Shown here in pieces: positions 27,225 to 41,490 of a DNA stretch of 64,000 nt. The stretch's first letter is position 1; the number at the start of each line of letters is the position of its first letter. The stretch spans positions 131,254,001-131,318,000 of the forward strand of contig OX597814.1 of the NCBI GenBank assembly GCA_951406725.2, given 5' to 3'. The notes under the pieces were generated by a model. That model was not told the origin of the DNA and did not search any database. It saw only the letters and a list, made by a program, of their open reading frames with translations. A program made the position numbers and the translations under genes. This DNA is from Octopus vulgaris. Taxonomy: Eukaryota.

Positions 27225-28583
27225 GCACATACACACATACATACACATACATACATATACATGTATATATGTATATGCGTATACACAATATGTATAACTG
27301 TATAAAATATGTAATCTGATGCACTGTGTGTGTATTACGTATGCTATTAAATATTTGTATATCCTCCCAAATGTAATGGAGTACCACCGTCCTTCGTTTT
27401 TTTGTTCACTCGTTTTATGTATGTATACATATGTGTGTATATATGTGTGTATGTATATATGCATACATACATATATATATATATACACGCATATACATAT
27501 ATATATACACTTGTATACATAACTATATATATGTATATATATATGTATATTTGTATATATATATATGTATATATAGATATAGATAGAGAGATAGACAGAC
27601 AGACAGATAAGTAAATATATATGTGTGTGTGTATGTATGTATGTATGTATGTATGTATGTATGTATGTATGTATGTATATACCCACATACATATATGTTT
27701 GTATACTTATATAAAACACATGGCATTTTTTCTGTATAAAATACCATAGATATTTCAACAACCATAACTTAAAGGTAGGTCACTCTAATCTGGACTCCAT
27801 CGCTTCTCAGATTTCATTTCACCACGTAAGACATTACACCCAGCCAACAGCACCTGAATGTTGCAGCTTATAACAGTTTATAACTTTAGGAACATTACTT
27901 ACTAATCGGAAGATCCTGCCTCTCAAAGATAGCATATCACACATTACTTACCACGAATACCTTTAAGAACTGACACAACCAGCCTACACACACATTCATT
28001 TGTATCGAGAGACAGAGAATTCTGTGTTGCAATTTGTTTAGAAATTAAGTTAATATGGAGCCGAAAGTGTACGAATAACCTAGAACATGAAAGTCAGAGT
28101 AACGTAGTGATCAAACCGAAATATTTTCAGTTCGTTAAACGTGCATTAAGGTCGCTAAGCAGAAGGTAATAAGTCCTTTATTCTGTGTCGTCGTTTAAGG
28201 ATCCATTACCAAGCTCAATAGGGCTCCCCTCTACATAACAAGTTACTTGCTTGTACTACCAGCATCCGCTAAGGCATGCTACAACTGTTCACGTGACTCA
28301 TTTCGATATCGAAAACTGTGACCTGATGACACAATTTGACACCAAAATCATCAGGATATCGTCTGAAAGATGGCACATTTCGGAAATTCTGAGTTGCAAT
28401 GGAATGAATAATGAATTGCCTTCGCGATTATCTACCACACGTTGTGTGAGCACCTGCGGTTTGTAACCTAAGAAATATATGTGTGTGTCTGTACGTACAC
28501 AGGTATATATTAATCTATCTGTGAATGCATTTATACACACGCTCAGACAACCACGCTCACATACATACTGACATACGTCTCTT

Positions 28584-28675
<92 letters not shown>

Positions 28676-28676
<1 letters not shown>

Positions 28677-28920
28677 TCTTTACTCTTTACTCTCTTTTAC
28701 TCTTTTACTCGTTTCAATCATTTCATTGCGACCATGCTGGAACACCGCCTTTAGTCGAGCAAATTGACCCCCAGGACTTATTCTTGTAATCTTAGTACTT
28801 ATTCATCGGTCCCTTTTGCCGAACGGCTAAGTTACGGGGGACGTAAACACATCACCAACGATTGTCAAGCGATGTTGGGGTGGGGGACAAACACAGACAC
28901 ACAAACACACACATACATAT
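28676..28920 (-). mobile_element. SINE family B, 3' half
   Basis: (ctctttta)n tail and body blocks. Confidence 0.8.
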
Positions 28921-28950
28921 TCTACATGCGTTTCATTATATAGTATGTAT

Positions 28951-29164
28951 GACGGTGATCAGGTAGAAACGTTAGCAAGTCGGACAAAATGCTTATTGAC
29001 ATTTCTTCTGGATTTTTATGTTCTGGTTTCAAATTCCGCCGAGGCTGACTTTGCTTTTCAACCTTTCGGGGGTCGATAAAATTAGTACTAGTCGAGGACT
29101 GGGATCGATGTAATCGACTTACTCCCGCCCTTTAAGTTACTGGCCTTGTACCAAGGTTTGAAAC
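28951..29164 (+). mobile_element. SINE family C (Meta-domain-like core)
   Basis: gttcaaattccgccgagg and cctttcggggtcgataaa..agtac blocks. Confidence 0.8.
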
Positions 29165-29172
29165 ACTTATAT

Positions 29173-29274
<102 letters not shown>

Positions 29275-29917
29275 GTGGTTGCTTTGGTGTATATAACACC
29301 TCGTCAAATATGTGGATATAACACATATCATACAAACAAGTTCTACATAATTAGCAGACCTCTTGCAGCATGGCGAAATATTCCAGCAAGTTATGCGTAG
29401 CTTAATTGCTTACAACCAGTAGTTTCGCCATACACTTTCTCCATTCTTTTCTCTCGTTTAAAAGAAATAGTACGAACATATCCAAATGTTCAGAAAATAT
29501 AATAACTTTATTACATATATTAAACCTCGAAAGTGTCAAGATGCAAGAGAAATATAACAGACAATAAATCCGCGAGTAATACATACTTTAGAAAGACATA
29601 TCCTACCGCTTGCGAGTGCTGGTTATTTCTTCACAAATGTACTGCACCATCTTATTTACTTGTGCTGTTCATTCCTTATTCATGGTTCCTTCATGTTTCG
29701 TAAATAATTTGTCAAGCATTGATAGTGTTCCGTTACGATTCATACGTAGATTAAATCCGTCAGTAGAAAGAAGGTCTGTTGCACTTTTTGCTTTGGTGCG
29801 CATAATTTATATTGACGAAATCTCAGTAGTCTATAAATACATGGACACACAAACACACACGCAAGCACACACACACGCACACCACCACATGTACACTTTA
29901 TACAAATGTAATGACGA

Positions 29918-29951
<34 letters not shown>

Positions 29952-29959
29952 GTATGTAT

Positions 29960-30140
29960 AGGGGGAGAGTTCGCGAAAAAAAAAAGACAAAGACAGGTGG
30001 TGTACAAAACAAACAGAGGTATTAGTATAACGCTCAGGAATTGAAAAAGCCTTTTACGTTTCGAGCCTACGCTCTTCTACAGAAAGGGACACAGAAAAAA
30101 AACAAGGAGAGAAACAAAGAGAGAAAAAATGTGTGAAGCA
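29960..30140 (-). mobile_element. Short hammerhead-like-motif element
   Basis: Minus ccttt-CTGTAGA-A-GAGC-gtag-GCTC-GAAA-cg-TA-aaagg at 30049-30088; 5-bp stem I. Confidence 0.8.
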
Positions 30141-30845
30141 TATATATGTATATATATGAATATTATTTATATTATTATTTAATTGAACACCCCCGCATCC
30201 ATTTCCATACGAGTTTATCTTAACCTTTTTGATGCGACTCTATTCTGTACTGTTTTCTCCCCCATCCTCTCTAATTCCCCTTTTCTCCCTTTCACCATTT
30301 TATATATGTCTATCTGTCTCTCTCTCTCCCCCTCTTTCTCTTTCTCTCTCTCTCTCTCGTTGCTCACACGTGACCATCCTCCATCTTTCCTTTTTTCACG
30401 CGCCCATCTTTCCTGCACGGACCTTCTAAGGAATGAACGTCTCCTATCTCTCTCTTCTATCTTTTCTCTATTCAAAGAAAATATTTCTCTCAGCGTTTAC
30501 TATTTTCCCCTCGTTCAGGTCTAACGACTCTCCATATTTGTTTTCGTTCGGTTTCCCTGTATGTCTCCACTGTCCTGTTTTTGTTCCAAACTTTAACCCT
30601 CCAAAAAATCCCAAATTTTATTTTGGTATTTATGGGAGCAACTGTCTTCGGAGACTCATATTGTCGTTGATTGCTCGAAATGGGGAGTAGATACACAGCC
30701 GACAACTGATGAAGGGTCATTCTTTGTATTCTTTGTACTACTTGTCTTGTTTTCCATTTCTTTCCCCTCATTATTTGTGTATTTAACTCATTTATTTTCG
30801 TATTTCATGTTGTTTACTGTTAGTGACGTTCTGCACCCATATATG

Positions 30846-30880
<35 letters not shown>

Positions 30881-30882
<2 letters not shown>

Positions 30883-31247
30883 TCTTTTACTTGTCTCAGT
30901 CATTTGACTGCGGCCATGCTGGAGTACCGCCTTTAGTCGACCAAATCGACCCCAGGACTTATTCTTTGTAAACCTAGTACTTATTCTATTGAACCGCCAA
31001 GTTACGGGAACGTAACACACCAGAATCGGTTGTCAAGCGATGCTGGAGGACAAACACAGACATAAATATATACAGACACGTACATATACATATACACGAC
31101 GGGCTTCTTTCAGTTTCTGTCCACCAAATCCACTCACAAGGCTTTGGTCGACTCGAGGCTACAGTAGGAGACACTTTCCCAAGTGAGACTGAACGCGGAA
31201 CCATGGTGGTTGGTAAGCAAGTTACTTACCACACAGCCACTCCTGCG
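30881..31247 (-). mobile_element. SINE family B
   Basis: Near full length with deletions, flanked by (TA)n. Confidence 0.85.
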
Positions 31248-32019
31248 ATATATATATATATATATGCAAATATATGTAATTGTGTGTGTGTGTATATATA
31301 TGTATACACACACGCATATATACATATATATATATGTGTGATATTTATACATAGGTAAAAAAATACACACGATACTCTACCTACCACCAACACCCATTGA
31401 CAAGATGTAAACTATTACCATGTAAACTAACGCGTCCTACTGAGTTCGTGTCTCTTTCATTACTTTTTAATATCACATTTAAAACCTTAGCTGTTAATTC
31501 ATACATACATACTTACATACATACAAGCACACACATACATACATACATACTTACATATGTATGTATATGCACATACACACATAATAATGAATGTTTTAAA
31601 AAAATGAAAGTGAATCCAAGGAGACTGGCATTGAGAATATATATATCTGTCTATTTGTAGATGTACGTAAGCTAATGCGTCAGGTGTGTGTATGTTGGTT
31701 TGCGTATATGTATGCGTGTGCGTGTTTGAAGTTGTCGAAAAACTTCAAACGAAAACGGTAGCTTTGTGGATTCGTTAACTATTCACTCGGCCTCCTATAC
31801 AAAGTGCAATGGAAAGGAAGCAGCTATATAAATAATAATAAAGAGAAAATACAACTAACGTCCATCACACAGCGCCATTGATAAATGTGAGTTTCTATGA
31901 GTACATAGGTACATATGTATGTATATATGTGTAAATATATATATATATATATGTATGTATATGTATGTATGTATGTATGTATGTACATGTCTACATCTAG
32001 AAATATGTACATATGTATA

Positions 32020-32055
<36 letters not shown>

Positions 32056-32297
32056 TGTATGTATGTATGTATGTATGTACATGTCTACATCTAGAAATAT
32101 GTATATATGTATGTATATATGTATATATATGTATATATCTATATACATATATATATATGTATGTATGTGTATATTTATCTATATCTATATACATATATAT
32201 ATGTATGTATGTGTATATTTATCTATATCTATATACATATGTATGTATGTATGTATGTGTATATTTATCTATATCCATAAATATATATATAAATATA

Positions 32298-32380
32298 CTA
32301 GCAGAGATACCCGGCGTTGCCCAGTTACATTCAATGGAAGAATTAGACTTTTCTGCTATATATATTATATATATATATGG

Positions 32381-32453
<73 letters not shown>

Positions 32454-32755
32454 TATATGTATATTAATATAAATACATGAAAGTACATGAAGTTTGTTAA
32501 AAAAAAAAGGGGTTCATGTATATACCTCCTGGCTGTTGAGATTATAACACCTCGTTGTAAACAATGTTCCTTGTTTTTCCTTGTGGAGCATATACAAAAA
32601 AGGTTTCTTTTGGTTCTTACTCTTGAGCAGCCAACATACAGTTGCCTATGCGAGAAGCAGGGCTCTTCCAAGAGAAGACCAGCTACAGAGAGGGTTTGAC
32701 CCGGAGATTTGTTAATGGACATCGCAAAGCTGACACGAAGGGGGAATTGCAGTAA
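32298..32755 (-). mobile_element. Helitron 3' end: PIF1-helicase C-terminus, hairpin and CTAG terminus
   Basis: QFPLRVSFAMSINKSPGQTL...CFSHRQLYVGCSRV (motifs V/VI); minus end ctgggcaacgccgggtatctctgCTAG|t. Confidence 0.92.
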
Positions 32756-32892
32756 ACCACAAGTGCCCGACCTGCGGCAGAGCCTTCCAGGCACGCATCG
32801 AACTGATCGAGCATAGCCGGACACATTGTGCTTCAACTTCTAGTCCCGTGTAATGTCCTTAGTTATCGACGATAACGACGGACGAACTAATA
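32756..32892 (+). pseudogene. RTE (BovB-like) LINE extreme 3' end
   Basis: CPTCGRAFQARIELIEHSRTH zinc finger, then 3' tail cgataacgacggacgaac. Confidence 0.8.
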
Positions 32893-32927
32893 AAAAATGT
32901 GTGTGTATACATATATGTATGTATGTG

Positions 32928-33008
<81 letters not shown>

Positions 33009-34227
33009 ACATATACATACATATATATATACCCATCCATCCATACATACATACATACATACATACATACATACAAACATGAGACTAAAGTGTACGTGCG
33101 CCACCATATGTATATAAAAAAGGCATGGGGAGGATGGTAGTCGAACGAAAAAAGAAAGGTCGGGCTTGGCCGAACACCGGTCTCGTGGAGAGAGACGAGA
33201 GGTAGAGGTAGAGGGATTGAAAAATTAAGGAGGGACGAGAAAAAAAGAAAAAGGACAGATTGAAGTGAAAGAGTTGGCTTTCAATGAGTTTCTGTATACC
33301 AAATTCATTCATTGATGGGCCAGGGTCTAGAGTGGATGACGCTTGCTGTTGAATATGGACTGAAACCGAAACCATGTGGTTGTAAAGCGAACTTCTTAAC
33401 CACTAATGTGTGCGTGCGCGTTAATTTAAATTTAAAGTCTGGCTTCAACCTATGTCCATGCGGACCGGAATTTATTCTGGTTTCCTTGTTTTATAAGGAC
33501 TGACATTGACCGGGACGAGGGTCCATGGTAGTACCTCATGGTGTTAGCCTCTTATCCCTCAGCTGCCGCTGATCCTCATTTATCAGTGGGTAGGCTAAAG
33601 AATTTAGTTCACAACTTTACGATCATGAGCCCAACACCATAACCCCTACGACACGCCCCTTCAGATACAGAGACACACGCCAACACACACACATACTTGG
33701 ACACGCGCACACACACACACACACATACACACAATATATATATATATATATATATATTGTGGTCAGATCGCTTGAGAGCGCTAGTAGTGATATGTAACTC
33801 AGTGAAACCTGTTGCGTGTTTGGGTCGTTGGTGACTAAACTGACAGACCCGCCAAGCTTGCTTGACGAGGAAGGTGATTTTTAGACACCCCGCAGCTCGA
33901 AAAGCAAGATTTCTGAAACGGTCGATGAACTAAGGGAAGACAATGAGAATGCTATAATGAGTATATATGCAGATTGTGTGTGCGTGCGTGTGCGCGCGCG
34001 CGCGTGTGTGTGTGTGATCGGCTTGAAAAATTGTTAAGACACTAGGACATTTTCCTGCTTTTCTTGACATGTAACCATTGGTAGCCTTAATTCACAAATA
34101 AAGAAATCACATCTACCAATGCAGTACTGAGCACTCATTTTCATCGTTCGACATATACGTACATATACATACATGCATGCATACATACATACATACATAC
34201 ATAGGTACGTACGTACGTACATATATA

Positions 34228-34600
34228 TATACAAAATAAGAAAATGGAGAAATACATCCAAATCAAATATCAACTACCAGATAATACCCAATCACATACT
34301 TTATTAAACCACTACATAAGAAACTTTAAGGTCAAACATAATAATATATGACAAAACAGTGTACATAAAGGAGTGTACATAAAGGAGTAATATGATACGA
34401 TAAGTACAATATGTATAAGAGAATATAAATATAAATAAATATAAATATAAATATAAACTACATCTTACAGCTGTTTCGGCCCTGCAGATAAGTATGTCTC
34501 ATTTTACTTATATTAGCCATGTGTGGTAGGTCAATATGTAGTTATGAGACATTTACAAAAATATCTTAAGGCCTCTTCGGAGATTATGAAATACAAACCA
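34228..34600 (-). mobile_element. Penelope-type terminal repeat containing a long-stem-II hammerhead motif
   Basis: Homologous to 37515-37784; hammerhead motif at 34462-34584. Confidence 0.75.
34462..34584 (-). ncRNA. Type-I hammerhead-like motif with ~90-nt structured loop II (U4C core change)
   Basis: atct-CCGAAGA-GGCC..[atgtctcat/atgagacat hairpin]..GGCC-GAAA-cagctg-TA-agat. Confidence 0.65.
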
Positions 34601-35922
34601 AATTACATATACACTTACATAAGTGTGGGTGCATACCCATAATAAATCATATACATATACATATGAGTGCATATACTCATACTCCTATACATATACATAT
34701 ACACATACATGATAATATAAATAATATAAATCAATAAACATACACATGTTCCATATTCAACGTTACAGTTTTTCAACTTAATATTGTGATATTACAATAT
34801 AAAAAACATACACATATTAATACCCAAATGCAGATATACAGAGTCAAGAGTACATTATATTAATTTATACTAATTTACAAAATGTCATTAATGTTAACAT
34901 CATTACCATTATCATTACCACAAATGCTACCAATATCATTATTCTTATTATTAATAACACTAATACTAGCAAAACAATATATAGACCCCATTATTAGCAA
35001 TATAATAGCAAAACTAAGGACCACAATAGTACTACAGTACCATGCAAAGCATTAAATATCTGTATATACATACAAAATGAGAAATAAAAGCATATGGTTT
35101 ACATGATATTAAGATCCACAGGTGCACGGATGTACATACGAGTGTAAATTTATAATTTCAATTGTGACACAAATACAGTATTACGTTCAGAAATAGTTAC
35201 GAATCTAGCGCTAAAATATGATTGGCTTGTACATTTAAATTTAAATTACAATTGTCTTCTTTACGGTTGGTTTGTTGAGAAACATCCACACACGTACACT
35301 TGCAAACGTGCGCCCACACGCACATACACAGACAAATCACAACCTAAGAGATACCAGCCCACACACACACACATACACACACACACATGTTTACATACAT
35401 ATCTATTCACACATGTCCATAAAAATGCGTACATGCAAGCACACAGACAACTATACCTAGTCGAAGTACGTTATTATCATAAGATACATGATTAAAATAA
35501 CACCGTATATTTCGTAAACAAATTATCTTGCCACTGGAACTTCTATATCGTTACATATCTACTAAATCAGCACATGCTTGGGAAAATTATACAAACATTT
35601 ATACACACACACCCACACACACGCGCACATCCGCACATATCCATAAACGTTCATACACTCTCATGCGCTGTGTCTGCAAACATTCGCATATACATATATA
35701 CATATTTAAATATGTATCTGCGTACTCATACGTATAAGAAAGACATACACATATATATCCACCCATGAATATACATATACATACAAAAACATATATACAC
35801 ATACATATATATATGAACACATTTCGACATATCCACATATATTTACTAAATTACAAAATATATGTCTGCCCATCAAAGGACGTATGAATAAACCAGCACA
35901 GGTATGGAAAAACTATACCAAC

Positions 35923-35959
<37 letters not shown>

Positions 35960-35963
<4 letters not shown>

Positions 35964-36120
35964 TCGGTAGCCACTACACATTCTTTATTTTCTCTCCTTG
36001 TTTCTTTCTGTGTTCCTTTCTGTGGAAGAGCCTAGGCTCGAAACCTTAAAGACTTTTTCACTTCCCGAGCGTTATACTAATACATCTGTTTGTTGTCTAC
36101 ACCACCTGTCTTCGTCTTCT

Positions 36121-36125
<5 letters not shown>
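35960..36125 (+). mobile_element. Short hammerhead-like-motif element flanked by (TA)n on both sides
   Basis: cttt-CTGTGGA-A-GAGC-ctag-GCTC-GAAA-cc-TT-aaag at 36015-36053. Confidence 0.75.
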
Positions 36126-36167
<42 letters not shown>

Positions 36168-36269
36168 CTACATGCATACATTATATATATGTATATATAT
36201 ATATATATGCAATAATATACATTTGGAACAAGTAAAAGAATAAAAGAGTAAAGAGTATATATATTTATC

Positions 36270-36320
<51 letters not shown>

Positions 36321-36714
36321 CATTATACACTCTTATAACGGCATATGAGTTTTGAAACGCCACCAGAAACTCTTGTCATAGGCTCTTGGTGCATGTGTCT
36401 ACGATGCTGCTTGTTATTAAAATAAATATTACAGACAAGATAGACTAACAAACCCACAAACATACACACTCACAGCCGTTCATACATGCGCACGCAGTCA
36501 CACACATACTAGCTCTCACATGTGGACGTACATATCTCTCCCCCCCATTCTGTATGTTTATGTTTGTTGCTTGTATTTTGACAACTTTTCATGTTGTACT
36601 GAATGTTTTGAAACACCCGAGGGATACGCAAACGTATGAAGTGTAAATTCTTTAATCATATAATATTAGTACTGCTTGCTTCATTCACAGTTTCAGAAAG
36701 CCGGTACTTCATAT

Positions 36715-37038
36715 TGGTGTCAAATTTTGGCACAAGGCCAGCAATTCCGGGAAAAGGTGTAAGTCGATTATATCGACCCTAGTGCTCATTTGGTACTTAT
36801 TTTATCTATTTCTTTACTTCCCACTAGGAGCTAAACACAGAGGAGACAAACAAGGACAGACAGACGGATTAAGTCGATTATATCGACTCCAGTGCGTAAC
36901 TGGTACTTAATTTATAGACCCCGAAAGGATGAAAAGCAAAGTCGACCTCAGCGGAATTTGAACTCTGAACGTAGAAGCAAGCGAAATACTGCTAAGCATT
37001 TTGCCCGAGGTGCTAACGATTCGGCCAGCTCGTCGCCT
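36715..37038 (-). mobile_element. SINE family C, two nested or adjacent copies
   Basis: taagtcgattatatcgac..agtgc..tggtactta block present twice. Confidence 0.8.
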
Positions 37039-37253
37039 TACAAAATTAGCTCTCCATATTTCCTTGTAAATACATTCTTGGTGATAATGTGTCGGATTTC
37101 CTTCACCCAAATCCCATCCTTCCAACCCAGATCATCTGTTGACTGCAGTTAAGCCTGGTGATGGAGTTGAAACTATGCTTTTATTTAATGGATATAAAAA
37201 CGTCAGGAGGAGAGAAATGCATTCATATACAGAAACATATACAAACGCAAACA

Positions 37254-37324
<71 letters not shown>

Positions 37325-37343
37325 ATATTTATATATATATATA

Positions 37344-37954
37344 TACAAGATAAGAAAATGGAGAAATACATCTAAATCAAATATCAATTACCAGATAATA
37401 CTCAATCACATACTTTATTAAACCACCACATAAGAGACTGTAGGGTTAAACATGAAAAAGCAGAACAAATCAGTGTACATAAAGGAATGTACATAAAAAA
37501 GTACTTATCTACATGGCCGAAACAGCTGTAAGATGTAATCTATACTTATATTTATATTTACTTGCATGTATATTCTCTTTTTTATATATATTCTACTTAT
37601 TATACAACATCACTCTTTTATGTACACTTTTTTATGTACATTCCTTTATGTACACTGATTTGTTCTGCTTTTTTATGTTTAACCCTACAGTCTCTTATGT
37701 GGTGGTTTAATAAAGTATGTGATTGAGTATTATTTGGTATTTGATATTTGATTTAGATGTATTTCTCCATTTTCTTATCTTGTATTAGTAATTTGTGGTA
37801 AATCATGTTACCTTCGCCCATATAATACAGTAAATGAATTGATTGCATCGCAATCCTTAACATTTATGTATTAACTTTGTTGGTTACTTCACTAGCAGTA
37901 TATTGGATATATGTTATCCCATGGAGGGTTGCATTTACAACTCCTATCTCAATT

Positions 37955-37955
<1 letters not shown>
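37344..37955 (+). mobile_element. Penelope-type insertion with inverted 5' duplication, (TA)n on both sides
   Basis: 37344-37504 is the reverse complement of 37624-37784; 3' half hammerhead GGCC-GAAA-cagctg-TA at 37515-37530. Confidence 0.85.
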
Positions 37956-38008
<53 letters not shown>

Positions 38009-38011
<3 letters not shown>

Positions 38012-38466
38012 AAGAGGTTTACATGATCGGAAATATAAATACGAAACGTTCATAGTGTGATGGTGAGGACCTGATAAACGAAAAACAAAGAAAAGAAGGA
38101 GAAAACATTTCAAATATAAAAAAGTGGATGTATATAAAAATTGACGTAATTTTCCATCCATTTTGAAAAAAGATACATTTATTTTGTGGTTTATTATTGT
38201 TTCTAATTTGAACTACATATGTACTGGGCCATCCAAATCTTTTAAGTGCATAGGACTTCTATTGGTCTTCATTCGGCCCTGCTACTCTATCATTTTCTGA
38301 CCTAAAGCCATACCTACACTCAGTAGAAGAAATCATACGTGTTCAAGTTTTTATATATATACATATATATATATATAAACTCCACTTATAATTTCGAGTG
38401 AAAATGTTGATATCTCTCACTTGTCATGTGTACTTCATACCTATGAAAACAAAACAAATACAACAC

Positions 38467-38540
<74 letters not shown>

Positions 38541-39051
38541 CGTGTGCGTGCGTGTATGTGTGTGTTTGTTAGCTTTAAACCTTTTTTTTTATCGGTTTCA
38601 GTCATAGGGTTGTAGCTATGCTGGGGTACCGCTTCGAATAGTTTAATCGAACGAAGCGACACCAGTACTTATAAAGATTTGCTGAACCGCTTGGTTTACG
38701 GGGCCATAAACCGACACCGGTCAATATATATATATACTTATATGTGCCCCGGGCCGACTCATGCTTTGTGAGTGAATCTGGTTGAGAGAAACTATGCGGA
38801 AGCCCATCGTATATTTGTGTGTGTGTGTTTAGTATCTGCCCCCACCCCCACCAACACTTGACCGGTGTCGGTTTATGGCCCCGTAAACCTAGCGGTTCAG
38901 CAAATCTTTATAAGTACTGGTGTCGCTTCGTTCGATTAAACTATTCGAAGCGGTACCCCAGCATAGCTACAACCCTATGACTGAAACCGATAAAAAAAAA
39001 GGTTTAAAGCTAACAAACACACACACACACATACACGCACGCACACGCACG

Positions 39052-39103
<52 letters not shown>

Positions 39104-39564
39104 GTGTTGTATTTGTTTTGTTTTCATAGGTATGAAGTACACATGACAAGTGAGAGATATCAACATTTTCACTCGAAATTATAAGTGGGTTTATATATAT
39201 ATATATATGTATATATATAAAAACTTGAACACGTATGATTTCTTCTACAGAGTGTAGGTATGGCTTTAGGTCAGAAAATGATAGAGTAGCAGGGCCGAAT
39301 GAAGACCAATAGAAGTCCTATGCACTTAAAAGATTTGGATGGCCCAGTACATATGTAGTTCAAATTAGAAACAATAATAAACCACAAAATAAATGTATCT
39401 TTTTTCAAAATGGATGGAAAATTACGTCAATTTTTATATACATCCACTTTTTTATATTTGAAATGTTTTCTCCTTCTTTTCTTTGTTTTTTTCGTTTATC
39501 AGGTCCTCACCATCACACTATGAACGTTTCGTATTTATATTTCCGATCATGTAAACCTCTTTGA
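38009..39564. repeat. Large near-perfect inverted duplication, ~710-bp arms, ~133-bp spacer
   Basis: 38009-38724 vs 38858-39564; two substitutions and a few homopolymer/microsatellite indels seen. Confidence 0.97.
38746..39000 (+). mobile_element. Old SINE family B spanning spacer and right arm
   Basis: Continuous degenerate family-B body; only its 3' part is mirrored in the left arm. Confidence 0.75.
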
Positions 39565-39774
39565 ATATCATTTTCGCAAATTTAAAGTAATTTCTTTTGT
39601 GCCGTGAACCATTTACCATTTGCGTGGTGCACCCCTTCTCTAAACACGAGTTTATTTTGTTTAATGGTTAATCCAGTGTTGTACTGTGATTATGATTAAC
39701 AGTTGGTATTAAGACTGGAGGGGGGGATCCAGTGGGTGCAGGGAGAATCAAAGCTTTTGATTCTGTCTCTAGAG

Positions 39775-40085
39775 AAGCGTCGAGCTTACGATCGTGAGGT
39801 TGTGAGCTCGAATCCCGAACCAAGCTGCGTGTTGTGTTCTTGAGCAAGACACTTTATTTCACGTTGCTCCAGTTCACTCAGCTGTAGAATTGAGTTGTGA
39901 CATCACAGGTGCCAAGCTGTATCGGCCGCTTTGCCTTTCCCTTGGATAACACTGGTGGCGTGGAGAGGGGAGGCCGGTATGCATGGGCGACTGCTGGTCT
40001 TCCATAAACAACCTTTCCCAGACTTGTGCCTGGGAGGGTAACTTTCTAGGTGCAATCCCACAGTCAGTCATGACCGAAGGGGGGG
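39775..40085 (+). mobile_element. SINE family D (CORE-like block)
   Basis: B box ctcgaatccc, cttgagcaagacactttatttcacgttgctccagttcactcagctg; inverted copy at 41165-41490. Confidence 0.85.
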
Positions 40086-40459
40086 GGGGGTCTCAAGTAC
40101 GCAGGAAGCTAGAATGGGTAATAAAATGGTGAGAAGCATGTGATCTTTCCATGACAGTGTAGGAGCTATTGTCCAGTGCAGTCATGGGTATAGCACGCCA
40201 AACGAAAATATGACCTTCAGTTTTTTCTTTTCTAATTGTGCACTCTGCCTAACGATGAGCCATGTCTTGTGCGGCCCGCTTCTCGATAAAGGTTGCTCAT
40301 GCCTGGCTTTGTGTCTTTTCCTGACTCAACAGATGCTAATCAATGTAACCAATGTTGTGTTTCTGTACCCATTGCTCTTTGAGTTCTTTCCAGAATGTTG
40401 GAGAATTGTATTTTATGATTTTGGTAAATACAAGCGGCCGAAATGGGCTTCTTCCGGAC

Positions 40460-40670
40460 GGGGTGGGATTCATTGTTGAAACTGCTACTTCTCTGTATTG
40501 AGAAGTCACAACTCAAGCAATACGGATATGTGATTAGAATATCGCAGGAAAGAATCGCAAGACAGATTTCCTCAAGGCGAACCAACCCGCTTGGGGTATA
40601 CCAAGAATTAAATGGTTGGATAATATCCACCGTTTCAATTGGTCACGCTTGGGTATCCAAACAGAAAGCG
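40460..40670 (+). pseudogene. RTE LINE C-terminal remnant
   Basis: LLLLCIEKSQLKQYGYVIRISQERIARQI (decayed QLRWYGHV), then KWLDNI..WSRLGI. Confidence 0.7.
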
Positions 40671-40839
40671 TGGACGAGGTACCTAAGGGTAAGATGGGTG
40701 GACAGCAGTAGGGATGGATATCCAGTTACAATTCTACCATGAACCTCATGAACGAACAGAGATTTCTTAATTGTAGCATGACTCCAGAATTTTAGTATTT
40801 GGATTTCTGGGCTCTTGGTGCCCACATATTGATTTCATA

Positions 40840-41040
40840 ACTTGACACGAGGCCAGCAATTTCGGTGGGAGGGTAAATCGTTTATAACGATTCCAGTGCT
40901 CGACTGGTTCTTACTTTATCGACCCTGAAAGGATAAAAAGTAGAGTCGACCCCGGCGGAAGTTGAACACAGAACGTAAAAATGGACGAAATACTGCTAAG
41001 CATTTTGTCCGACGTGCTAACGATTCTGCCAGCTCGCCGA
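40840..41040 (-). mobile_element. SINE family C
   Basis: Family C head and core. Confidence 0.82.
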
Positions 41041-41164
41041 CTTGGTGCCCACACACATCAAGAATAACCTTGTACAACACTGTTCCTGCAAACAAAGATT
41101 TTGGCCTTATCATGAATATCTGGAGGACCGAGTTAGCTCACCAATCAGGTACTAAAAAAAGGTA

Positions 41165-41490
41165 ATTACCCCCTTCCGTCATAGGATTGCATCTAGAAAG
41201 TTCCCCTGCGAGCAACAAGTCTGAGCAAGGTTGTTTATAGAAGACCAGCAGTTGCCCATGCATACCAGTCTCCCCTCTCCATGTCACCGATGTCATCCAA
41301 GGAAAAGGCAAAGGCCGATACAGCATGGCACCAATGATCTCGCAATTCATTTATACAGCTGTGAGAACTGGAGCAACGTGAAAAGTGTCTTGCCCAAGAA
41401 CACAAGACACAACCCGGTCCAGGTATCGAACTCACTCACTCATGATTGTGAATCCAACGCTCTAACCACTGAGCCAAGCGCCTTCACATA
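41165..41490 (-). mobile_element. SINE family D
   Basis: Homologous to 39775-40085, includes full tRNA-like head. Confidence 0.85.

Noticed and set aside
32540-32836. 205-aa ORF as a host PIF1 helicase or zinc-finger gene
   Set aside because: Junction of a Helitron 3' end and an RTE 3' end with substitutions in conserved motifs.
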